From a virus, in IMG/VR virus record IMGVR_UViG_3300012347_000528, positions 1-35,599 of that record: a stretch of DNA of 35,599 nucleotides. One strand, given 5' to 3'. Under the pieces are notes generated by a model. The model was not told the origin of the DNA. It saw only the letters and a list, made by a program, of their open reading frames with translations, and made no database searches. This document shows, piece after piece, positions 24,858 through 32,400 of this stretch; the first letter of the stretch is position 1, and every line of letters starts with the position of its first letter. The translations under genes and the position numbers were made by a program.

Positions 24858-24910
24858 GGCGGAAAGGCGAAGTTCGATTTCATTCCTCTTTTGAACGCCC
24901 GCCTTATTTT
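24851..24910 (+). terminator. Long imperfect hairpin (12-bp outer stem plus inner GC / GTTC-GAAC helices) with a U-rich tail
   Basis: AAAATAAGGCGG (24851-24862) pairs with CCGCCTTATTTT (24899-24910). The inner pairings are g67c68/g97c98 and gttc (24872-75)/gaac (24893-96). Confidence 0.5.
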
Positions 24911-25047
24911 GGGTTTCCTTCATTACAGAATAACGAAGGTAATGTTCAAATTATTTAGTAAACCCGCCACGATAAAAAAGCCTTTTCAGCAATTTGGAAA
25001 CGCAACGGGTCAAAGATACAAATATTAATAATTATAAAACAAATAAA

Positions 25048-25944
25048 ATGGCAAAAAAAATCAGAACACAGGACGAATTTACAAGAAATTGGATAATTCA
25101 AAATTCAATTCAAATAGTTAAGCGCTATAAAGCGGGGGTTTTAACCATTCGCGGGCTTCATTATCAACTTGTTGGAATTGGAATGACAAACACAATGCAG
25201 CACTATAAGCGTGTCGTTGAAGCTATGATTCAGGCGCGTTGGGCTGGTCAAATTGATTTTGAAGCATTCAGCGACCACGACAGGGAAGTTTTGGGCTTCA
25301 CAGCTTCAGAAGAAACAATTCTTGAAGACCAAATTGACACAGGAAAACGACAGGTTCGGGCGTGGGTTCAAAACTATTCAAAAAACCGCTGGGAAAACCA
25401 GCCAATTGTTCCCGAAGTTTGGATTGAAAAAAAGGCGCTTCAAGGGGTTTTTAAAGACCCGTGTTCAGAATACGACGTTGCACTTGCACCGTGCAAAGGT
25501 TACCCTTCTTTGACATTCCTGAACGAAGCGCGCCAAAGGTTCCAGCGTGTAAAAGAAGACGGCAAAATTCCTGTAATTTTGTATTTTGGTGACTATGACC
25601 CAAGCGGCGAAGACATTCCGCGAAGTATTGAAGAAAACTTTACGCGTTTTGGCTGTCCTGTTGAGGTTAAAAGAATTGCATTAATGGAAGAACAGGTTCT
25701 TGCGTGGAAGTTGCCACCAGCACCCGCAAAAGTGGGCGACAGTCGAACAGCGAATTGGGGCGGGCTTGGTCAAGTTGAACTTGACGCCGTGGAACCTGAA
25801 AAGCTTCAGCGTCTTTGCAAAAAGGCTATTGTCGAATTTCTTGACCCCGATTTATACGAAGACCTTCTTACGCAACAGGCTGAAGAAAAAAGCCAATACG
25901 TTAAAGAATTAAAAGACTATGTTACAAACTTAAATTTTGACTAA
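25048..25944 (+). CDS. Spo11 / Topo VI subunit-A-like protein (5Y-CAP plus toprim; 'Mini-A'-like); start corrected from TTG at 24994
   Basis: LTIRGLHY (R35-x3-Y39) resembles the Spo11/TopoVI-A catalytic TxRxhxY motif. VWIEKKALQGVF (toprim Glu), CKGYPS and LYFGDYDPSGEDI (DxD) match the Topo VI-A toprim domain. Confidence 0.7.
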   Translation: MAKKIRTQDEFTRNWIIQNSIQIVKRYKAGVLTIRGLHYQLVGIGMTNTMQHYKRVVEAMIQARWAGQIDFEAFSDHDREVLGFTASEETILEDQIDTGKRQVRAWVQNYSKNRWENQPIVPEVWIEKKALQGVFKDPCSEYDVALAPCKGYPSLTFLNEARQRFQRVKEDGKIPVILYFGDYDPSGEDIPRSIEENFTRFGCPVEVKRIALMEEQVLAWKLPPAPAKVGDSRTANWGGLGQVELDAVEPEKLQRLCKKAIVEFLDPDLYEDLLTQQAEEKSQYVKELKDYVTNLNFD

Positions 25945-26378
25945 TGGCAAACGCAAACCCAAATATTAATTACAAAGTAAGGTTCAAACACGGTGAAGGT
26001 TCCCGCGTTTCAAATATTATCTTAAAAGCTTTGAAGTCGAATAAAACCGACTTCAAGCTTGAAAAGATAAAAACGCCGACGCATTTAAGAAGTAACGAAG
26101 ACCACGTTCAGGAAACAATTATTTCTTTTTTAGACAAAGAAAAACCAGCAAAATTGGAATTCGTTCGCAACGAAATAATTGCTTTAATTCCTGAATTTTT
26201 TCCTGTGAATTATTTCTTTAAATTTACGGACGCTTTTTCAGCTTTGCCGTTCAACTACAAACTTGAATTTTGCCTTATAGTTCACGAAACAGGGCAACGC
26301 GTTTGTTGCTACACTCGAATAAAAGAACAGAAAAAGCAAAGCGAACCAATAACAGCTTACAAAATAGAAGTTGACTAA
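25944..26378 (+). CDS. Hypothetical protein (translationally coupled to the Mini-A-like gene)
   Basis: 144-aa ORF with a TAATG overlap. Confidence 0.5.
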   Translation: MANANPNINYKVRFKHGEGSRVSNIILKALKSNKTDFKLEKIKTPTHLRSNEDHVQETIISFLDKEKPAKLEFVRNEIIALIPEFFPVNYFFKFTDAFSALPFNYKLEFCLIVHETGQRVCCYTRIKEQKKQSEPITAYKIEVD

Positions 26379-27281
26379 ATGAACCAAATTGAATTTCAAT
26401 ACTATCCAGCAAAAGTGAACATTCCCGAACCTTTGGGAATGGTCACTTTATTTGAATTCCTAAAAGCGAACCAAAACCCAAGCGAAAAGACAAAAGACGT
26501 ATTTCGTCGAATTGCTGAAGCTGAAGCAAACGGAAACCTGAAGGAAAAAGCGAAGCTTAAACAGGAAAATCTTTACTATTTTACGCCTTGCGTCGTGTCA
26601 AACGGTCAAGGTCGTAAATATAGCGACATTGTAAAATTTACAGGGCTTATGGTTCTTGACTTTGACCACATAGCGCACGCGGTCGCTTTTAAGTATTACA
26701 TTTTTGACCTGTTCAAGTGTGTCGTTGCTGGCTGGCTTTCACCTTCAAAAAAGGGCGTTAAGTTCTTGGTCAAAATTCCTGTCGTAAGTTCGACAGACGA
26801 ATTCAAGGCGTATTTTTACGGGCTTGCTATTGAAATGGAAAAGTACAAAGGTTTTGACGGTTCAGGTCAAAATTGCATTTTGCCGCTTTTTCTGTCTTAC
26901 GACGAAGACCTTCTTTTTAGAGAAAACCCCGACACTTGGACGCGAAAAGGTAAAAAAATAAATGAATTTCAAGCTTCAGACATTGTGCCTGTAAAAGTCG
27001 AAGCTGGTTCCAGCGAAAAACTTCAGGTTCAAAGAATTATTTTGTCGCTGGTTGAAAAAATTATTGACAACGGTCACCCGCAAATAAGGGCGGCGGCGGT
27101 TACCTTGGGCGGTTACGTTGCAACGGGTTACATAGATTTTCACGAAGCCGAAAGTTTTATTTTTAATTTAATTCAAAATAATTCATACCTTCGCAAAGGT
27201 GTCGAAGGCTATCAAAAAACCGCAAAGACAGCAATTCAAACAGGAATGAAGTCACAGTTATTTTTAAAAGACAATAAATAA
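26379..27281 (+). CDS. AEP-superfamily primase-like protein (BT4734 / VirE N-terminal domain family)
   Basis: KAKLKQENLYYFTPCVVSNGQGRKYSDIVKFTGLMVLDFDHI matches the BT4734-like motif layout. It is immediately upstream of the VirE-type NTPase. Confidence 0.65.
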   Translation: MNQIEFQYYPAKVNIPEPLGMVTLFEFLKANQNPSEKTKDVFRRIAEAEANGNLKEKAKLKQENLYYFTPCVVSNGQGRKYSDIVKFTGLMVLDFDHIAHAVAFKYYIFDLFKCVVAGWLSPSKKGVKFLVKIPVVSSTDEFKAYFYGLAIEMEKYKGFDGSGQNCILPLFLSYDEDLLFRENPDTWTRKGKKINEFQASDIVPVKVEAGSSEKLQVQRIILSLVEKIIDNGHPQIRAAAVTLGGYVATGYIDFHEAESFIFNLIQNNSYLRKGVEGYQKTAKTAIQTGMKSQLFLKDNK

Positions 27282-27283
27282 AG

Positions 27284-28798
27284 ATGAAGGAAAATAAAGA
27301 GATTACAGCGAACGACTTCTTAAAAGAAGGGTTTGTTCAGGAAAAGAAATATGTTCCTTTTGACGAAGCGCCTGAAGTTCAACAGGCACGTTCACAACAA
27401 GAAAAAGACGCTTGGCGCGAAGTTTATTCTTTTGCGCATTTGATTAACCGCGAAGGGCGTAATTACACAGACACGGACATTAAAAACCTGTGTGAACGTT
27501 TTCTTTTATCTTTGGAAAAAGTTCGTAAGGTATTTGCGCGCGTGTTTTCAGAAAACGCCGACGCTTTCGGAATTTCGGAAAAGCCTGAAATTTACAAAGT
27601 AGAATATTTTCTTCGTAAGAATTGGGAATTTGTTCGCAATGAAGTAACACAGCGTTCGGAATGTCGCAAAGCTGGAACCGACGACGATTTTGAAAAATTG
27701 AACGTCGATACATTATACAGAAAACTTCAGCACGTGAATTTTAAGTTTTCAATGGAAAAATTAAAGTCGCTTTTGAAGTCAGATTTTATGACGCTTTACA
27801 ACCCGTTTTTAAACTACTTTGAAAACCTTCCCGCTTGGAACTATGAAGAAGACCATATTGGCGCGCTGGCGGGCTACATTAAAGCCACGAACCAAGAATT
27901 TCACGTTACACAGTTCCGCAAAATGCTGGTTCGCTGTGTCGGGTGTGCGCTTTACGGAATTGAAAACCGTTTTGTTTACGTTTTGATTGGCGAAAAACAA
28001 GAAAAAGGAAAAAGCACGTTTATACGGTTCTTGAACCCATTTGGCTCGAAATATTATACTGAAGCCCCAATTCGCGACAACAAAGACACCTATTTTAGTT
28101 TTTCCGAAAATTTCATTTACAACCTTGAAGAACTCGCTTCGCTGTCAAATATTGAAGTCAATCATTTGAAGTCAATTATTTCAATGGCTATGATTAAAGA
28201 ACGTAAGGCGTTCGCCGTCGATGCTGAAGAACAGCCGCGTCGCGCCAATTTCTTCGGGTCAACCAATAAAGACGAATTTCTTACAGACAGCGAAAACACG
28301 CGCTGGCTGTGTATCAATGTCGAAGACATAAATTGGAACTACAAAACCGAAGTAAACATTCATAAGGTTTGGGCGCAAGCCTTCGCACTTTTTCACGACA
28401 AAGAATTTAACCAAAATTTGACCAGCGACGAAATGCAGCAGCGCGACGCAATGAACAAAGCTTTTGAAATTACAGACATTGAAAAAGACCTTATTAAGCA
28501 ATGCTTCGCGCTGGCTACTGAAGAAGACCCTGAAGCGTCGTTTTATTCGCTTCCTGACATATTAAGCACGTTACAGGAAAAGTTTCTTGGAAAAACATTG
28601 AACGCCAAATTTATTGGAAAATCAATGACACAGCTTGGATTTATAAAAGGAAACAAACGCATAAACGGACACAAAACCCGTGGTTACTTTGTGAAGTTAA
28701 GAACAACTTCAAACTATATAAATGAAAACCAAGGCGGCGACGCACCAAAGAAAACCAACGAACAAGGCGAACAGGGCGAAATTAAGTTTAAATTCTAA
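27284..28798 (+). CDS. VirE-family P-loop NTPase (D5/SF3-like replicative helicase)
   Basis: Walker A VLIGEKQEKGKST and Walker B-like FIYNLEELAS, with size and layout typical of virulence-associated protein E. Confidence 0.75.
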   Translation: MKENKEITANDFLKEGFVQEKKYVPFDEAPEVQQARSQQEKDAWREVYSFAHLINREGRNYTDTDIKNLCERFLLSLEKVRKVFARVFSENADAFGISEKPEIYKVEYFLRKNWEFVRNEVTQRSECRKAGTDDDFEKLNVDTLYRKLQHVNFKFSMEKLKSLLKSDFMTLYNPFLNYFENLPAWNYEEDHIGALAGYIKATNQEFHVTQFRKMLVRCVGCALYGIENRFVYVLIGEKQEKGKSTFIRFLNPFGSKYYTEAPIRDNKDTYFSFSENFIYNLEELASLSNIEVNHLKSIISMAMIKERKAFAVDAEEQPRRANFFGSTNKDEFLTDSENTRWLCINVEDINWNYKTEVNIHKVWAQAFALFHDKEFNQNLTSDEMQQRDAMNKAFEITDIEKDLIKQCFALATEEDPEASFYSLPDILSTLQEKFLGKTLNAKFIGKSMTQLGFIKGNKRINGHKTRGYFVKLRTTSNYINENQGGDAPKKTNEQGEQGEIKFKF

Positions 28799-29081
28799 AA
28801 GTGGAACAATGGAACAATAAACTTGTTCCACTTTAAAGCGTTGATTTTCAGCGACTTTTGAACAAGTGGAACAATGGAACATCAAAGTTCCTATTCAGTT
28901 GAAAAAACACCAGCAAAACGGCAAAACTGAAAAAAGGTAAAGAATAGCGAATTCAATGTTCCAATGTTCCAATAGTATAATAATAATATTTTAAAATTTA
29001 ATAATTACTAATAAAATAAGGGGTTCAGCGCTTTTTTTAAAGTGGAACATTAACGGAACATTAAACTTTTTAATGTTCCAT
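28798..29081. repeat. Iteron field: 10 exact GGAACA/TGTTCC cores in direct and inverted arrays (candidate origin of replication)
   Basis: Plus-orientation cores are at 28803, 28811, 28868, 28876, 29044 and 29055; minus-orientation cores are at 28824, 28957, 28965 and 29074. An 18-nt exact direct repeat aagtggaacaatggaaca sits at 28799-28816 and 28864-28881. An 11-bp inverted repeat sits at 28798-28808 / 28824-28834. GGAACATTAA occurs three times in 29044-29079. Confidence 0.7.
28971..29020. promoter_or_regulatory. AT-rich core (47 of 50 bases A/T), candidate DNA-unwinding element
   Basis: aatagtataataataatattttaaaatttaataattactaataaaataag is flanked on both sides by iteron clusters. Confidence 0.55.
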
Positions 29082-29100
29082 AAAATCAAAATCAAAAACA

Positions 29101-29760
29101 ATGGAAACAAAAGAACAACAAAAAGAAACTGAAGGGCGAATTCAGGCGGAATGCTTTCAATGGTTTAATAACACCTTCCCAAAGTTGCGCGGTTTAATGT
29201 ATCACGTTCCTAATGGCGGCAAAATGAGTGGTTCAGCTGGGAACAGGCTTAAAGCTATGGGTGTGGTTGCTGGGGTTCCTGACTTGGAATTTCATTTTTG
29301 GAAACGAACATTTTTCTTGGAATGCAAAACACCAACAGGAACAGTTTCCAAAGACCAAGTAAAAGTTCACACAATACTTGACGAACACGGTTTTCGTGTT
29401 TTTGTCTTCAGGTCACTTGAAGAATTTCAAACAATCGTTTGGGCTATTATTGAAGACAAATCGACACAGTTTGCCCGTGGAATGAAGAAAGCTGAATTTG
29501 ATTACAGAAACAACGTTTTTAGCTATCTTTACAACCTGAACGAAGGTGAAGTTCAAGTTTTGGCTGAATTGGTCGCAAAAGAAAACCTTGACAAATTTAA
29601 GGGGCTTCTTTTTGAATTTATGGCTGAAGGTTACGACAAACTTGAAGGCTTTGAGCTTTTGTTTACGCCTGACTATTTGAGTTTTTACAAAAAAAGTTTA
29701 ACACAGGAAACCGAAGTTCATTATAACGGTTCCGCAACGACTGAAATTCCAAATGAATAA
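29101..29760 (+). CDS. VRR-NUC domain nuclease (PD-(D/E)xK)
   Basis: GVVAGVPDLEFHF...FFLECKTPTGTVSKDQVKVHTILDEHGFRVFV matches the VRR-NUC core. The C-terminal ~100 aa are unassigned. Confidence 0.8.
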   Translation: METKEQQKETEGRIQAECFQWFNNTFPKLRGLMYHVPNGGKMSGSAGNRLKAMGVVAGVPDLEFHFWKRTFFLECKTPTGTVSKDQVKVHTILDEHGFRVFVFRSLEEFQTIVWAIIEDKSTQFARGMKKAEFDYRNNVFSYLYNLNEGEVQVLAELVAKENLDKFKGLLFEFMAEGYDKLEGFELLFTPDYLSFYKKSLTQETEVHYNGSATTEIPNE

Positions 29761-30250
29761 GAAGGAAAAAGACGAAAAGAACCTTCCAGCTGTTCCAAAG
29801 AAAACGGCTGTTGAAAAGCAAAGGGAATTCATTCAGGCTGTATTTGACAGGAACCCTGTCGGTCGCCCTCGAATGTATTCCCGAAAAGAAGAACTTGAAG
29901 AACAAATTAAGGAATATTTTGTTAATTGTTACGAAGACCGTATTAAATTGACAATCACAGGTTTAGTTTTGTATTGTGGTTTTTCAGACAGAAAAAGCTT
30001 TTATTCTTACGAACAAAATCCTGAATTTAGTCACACTATCAAGAAGGCGCGCGCCCTTATTGAAATGAATTACGAACTTATGCTTCAGGAAGCGTTTCCG
30101 CAAGGTGCCGTTTTCGCGCTTAAAAACTTGGGCTGGTCGGCTGAAGAAAAAACGGAAACGACCGTTAAAACTAAAACTGAATTTTATATTGGTGGCGACG
30201 ACGACGACGACGAAGAACCAACTTTTACAGAATATGAAGACACAGAATAA
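29753..30250 (+). CDS. Terminase small subunit (Terminase_2-like)
   Basis: Contains GRPRMYS...LTITGLVLYCGFSDRKSFYSY...IKKARALIEMNYE...GAVFALKNLGW and an acidic tail. Confidence 0.8.
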   Translation: MNKKEKDEKNLPAVPKKTAVEKQREFIQAVFDRNPVGRPRMYSRKEELEEQIKEYFVNCYEDRIKLTITGLVLYCGFSDRKSFYSYEQNPEFSHTIKKARALIEMNYELMLQEAFPQGAVFALKNLGWSAEEKTETTVKTKTEFYIGGDDDDDEEPTFTEYEDTE

Positions 30251-31793
30251 AGACACACAGCGCGTCAAATTGCGCTTTAATTGGAAGCTATTCAACCCGA
30301 ACTTTCACCACTTGGAACGCGAATTTGCGAACACCGCAAGGCGTTTCCTGTGGTTTTACGGGGGTTCGTCTTCAGCGAAGTCTTACAGTATTGCGCAAGC
30401 GGTCGTTATTATTGCGGCGCTTGTTGAAGGAAGCGACACGCTTGTTTTCCGTAAAGTGTCGGCAACGCTCGAAGAAACTATTTTCAAAGACTTCGTTACG
30501 GTCATTAATACACTGAAATTGAACGCTTTTTTTAGGGTCAATTACAGACGTATAACTTGCATTAACGGGGCGACAATCATATTCAAAGGGCTTGACAATT
30601 CCGAAAAAATAAAAGGAATTTCAGGCTTCAAAAGGGTCGTAATGGACGAAATTTCAGAAATGGAACTTGCGGACTTTAAGCAAATTCGTAAGCGTTTGCG
30701 TGGTCGCCTTGGTCAACAGATAATTTGCGCGTTCAACCCTATTGACGAAGAACATTGGATTAAAAAAGAAGTATTTGACAAACAGGGCAAAGTTCAGCTT
30801 TCAAATTCGCTGGTTGACAGGAACGGAATTCTGAAGCTTGACATTGACCCGCTTTATACTGAAGTCGCTGAAAAGTGGGAAGGAAACCCTTTGACTGTTG
30901 GCGGAATTGCGAAGCCTTCAAACTTCGTCGTTGTGCGTTCAACGTACTTAAATAATTATTGGGTCGTTGGGTCGCCCTGTAAGACCTTCGGCTTTTACGA
31001 TACACAGACAATCATTGACTTTGAACACGACAAAGCCAACGATTACGATTTTTATTGCATTTACGGGCTTGGTTTTTGGGGCAAATTAGACAAAGGCGGC
31101 GAAATGTATAAAAGCTTTGACACGAAGCGCCACGTTACGCCTTCGGTTCCTTATGACCCTGAAAAACCCCTTCACCTTACATTTGACGAAAACGTTAACC
31201 CGTTTATGACCCTTGACATTTTTCAAGCTGAAGACCTGAAGGCGTGGCAAATTGACGAAATTTGCCTTGAAGACCCAAGAAACACACTAAAACACACAAT
31301 ACAGGAATTCGCCCAAAGGTACCCGCCGAACGGGCTGACGGTGTTTATATATGGTGACGCGACCAGCAAAAAGGCTGACGTTAAGCTTGAAAAGGGCGTT
31401 AACTTTTTCACGCTTATAGAAAACCAGCTTAAAGATGCGGGTTACACAGTTATTCGCCGCGTTCCAAGTAAAAACCCGAACGTTGACCTTCGTTGTAATT
31501 GGTTCAATGAAGTTCTTAACGGGCTTGACGGAATTGAAGTCAGCTTTGGTGACAATTGCACCCGTACAATTGGCGACTACAAATATTTAAAACAGGCTTC
31601 AGACGGCGGAAAACATAAGGAAAAGCAAAAGAACCCCGTTACAGGTGTGGTTTATGAAAAGTACGGACACAACACGGACGCCAACGACTACTTTTTTACT
31701 TATTACTTCGCCAACAGCTTCGCCAAGTTCGGAACTTCACGGGGCGCGCAAAAAGCTATTATAAGAAACCGAACGAAAAAAAATACATACTAA
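30234..31793 (+). CDS. Terminase large subunit (PBSX-type); start corrected from 30105
   Basis: The ATG at 30234 overlaps the TerS end by 17 nt. Contains Walker A FYGGSSSAKSYS, Walker B RVVMDEISE, and nuclease-domain motifs FIYGDATSKKAD and GHNTDANDYF. Confidence 0.9.
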   Translation: MKTQNKDTQRVKLRFNWKLFNPNFHHLEREFANTARRFLWFYGGSSSAKSYSIAQAVVIIAALVEGSDTLVFRKVSATLEETIFKDFVTVINTLKLNAFFRVNYRRITCINGATIIFKGLDNSEKIKGISGFKRVVMDEISEMELADFKQIRKRLRGRLGQQIICAFNPIDEEHWIKKEVFDKQGKVQLSNSLVDRNGILKLDIDPLYTEVAEKWEGNPLTVGGIAKPSNFVVVRSTYLNNYWVVGSPCKTFGFYDTQTIIDFEHDKANDYDFYCIYGLGFWGKLDKGGEMYKSFDTKRHVTPSVPYDPEKPLHLTFDENVNPFMTLDIFQAEDLKAWQIDEICLEDPRNTLKHTIQEFAQRYPPNGLTVFIYGDATSKKADVKLEKGVNFFTLIENQLKDAGYTVIRRVPSKNPNVDLRCNWFNEVLNGLDGIEVSFGDNCTRTIGDYKYLKQASDGGKHKEKQKNPVTGVVYEKYGHNTDANDYFFTYYFANSFAKFGTSRGAQKAIIRNRTKKNTY

Positions 31794-31826
31794 ATTATTT
31801 TTGTATATTTGGAAAAAATTATTATT

Positions 31827-32399
31827 ATGTTTCTAATTAAAAAAGATTACTTCATTTTGATTGACGAAGAAGACCTTGACGTTGTAAGTTATTCCAGCGA
31901 CAATGGCACCACGTCTGAAGCTATTATTGCGGAAACGGAACAGAATGTTATTCAAGAAATTTCTTCTTATTTGGCTGGACGTTACGACGTTTCAAAGATT
32001 TTTGTCAATATTGAAGAACACGTTACAGGTGCGACTTATGCAGCTGGCGAATTTCTTTACGACGAAGCTTCAGACGCCTTTTATACAGCACTTGAAGCGA
32101 CCAGCGCCAACGACTTACTGACTGACGAAGCGAAGTTTAAAAAAGGCGACACACGCCCCGCTTTAATTAAGCGCCACGTCGTAAACATTGCGCTTTACGA
32201 ACTACATTCAAGAATTAACCCGCGCAACATTCCTGAATTTAGAATTCAGCGACGCGACGACAGTATTGAATGGCTGAAGCTGGTTCAAAACCCACGGAAC
32301 AACGTTGACGCTGATTTTTTGCCAAAGAAGGACTTCGGCGAAAAGCGCGGGAACGATATAAGTTGGAATTCAAACCCTAAACTAAAACACAGCTATTAA
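31827..32399 (+). CDS. DUF1320 (Mu gp36)-like head-completion protein; ATG start preferred over TTG at 31809
   Basis: The N-terminus LIKKDYFILIDEEDLDVV...SEAIIAETEQNVIQEISSYLAGRY resembles the DUF1320 layout. Confidence 0.45.
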   Translation: MFLIKKDYFILIDEEDLDVVSYSSDNGTTSEAIIAETEQNVIQEISSYLAGRYDVSKIFVNIEEHVTGATYAAGEFLYDEASDAFYTALEATSANDLLTDEAKFKKGDTRPALIKRHVVNIALYELHSRINPRNIPEFRIQRRDDSIEWLKLVQNPRNNVDADFLPKKDFGEKRGNDISWNSNPKLKHSY

Positions 32400-32400
32400 A

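Noticed and set aside
24863-24900. GTTCGAT sequence resembling a tRNA T-loop within the long hairpin, raising the possibility of a tRNA gene.
   Set aside because: I could not build an acceptor stem, D-arm or anticodon arm. The flanks pair as a simple long hairpin instead.
24942-25028. 28-codon ORF (MFKLFSKPATIKKPFQQFGNATGQRYKY) in the intergenic region.
   Set aside because: It is too short, has no supporting signals and lies within predicted RNA structure. It is kept only as part of the structured-leader finding.
28798-29081. Repeat cluster considered as a possible CRISPR mini-array.
   Set aside because: The repeat units are 6-18 nt with irregular spacing of about 2-60 nt. They occur in both orientations and have no uniform spacers. 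The layout fits iterons, not CRISPR.
30105-30233. Upstream extension of the large-terminase ORF. Analogous extensions occur at 10420-10542, 15213-15263, 24129-24236, 24994-25047 (TTG), 31809-31826 (TTG) and 19965-19988 (TTG, minus strand).
   Set aside because: The extensions overlap the preceding gene or promoter/terminator elements and give low-complexity or basic peptides. An in-frame ATG with the usual A-rich leader sits right after the upstream stop.
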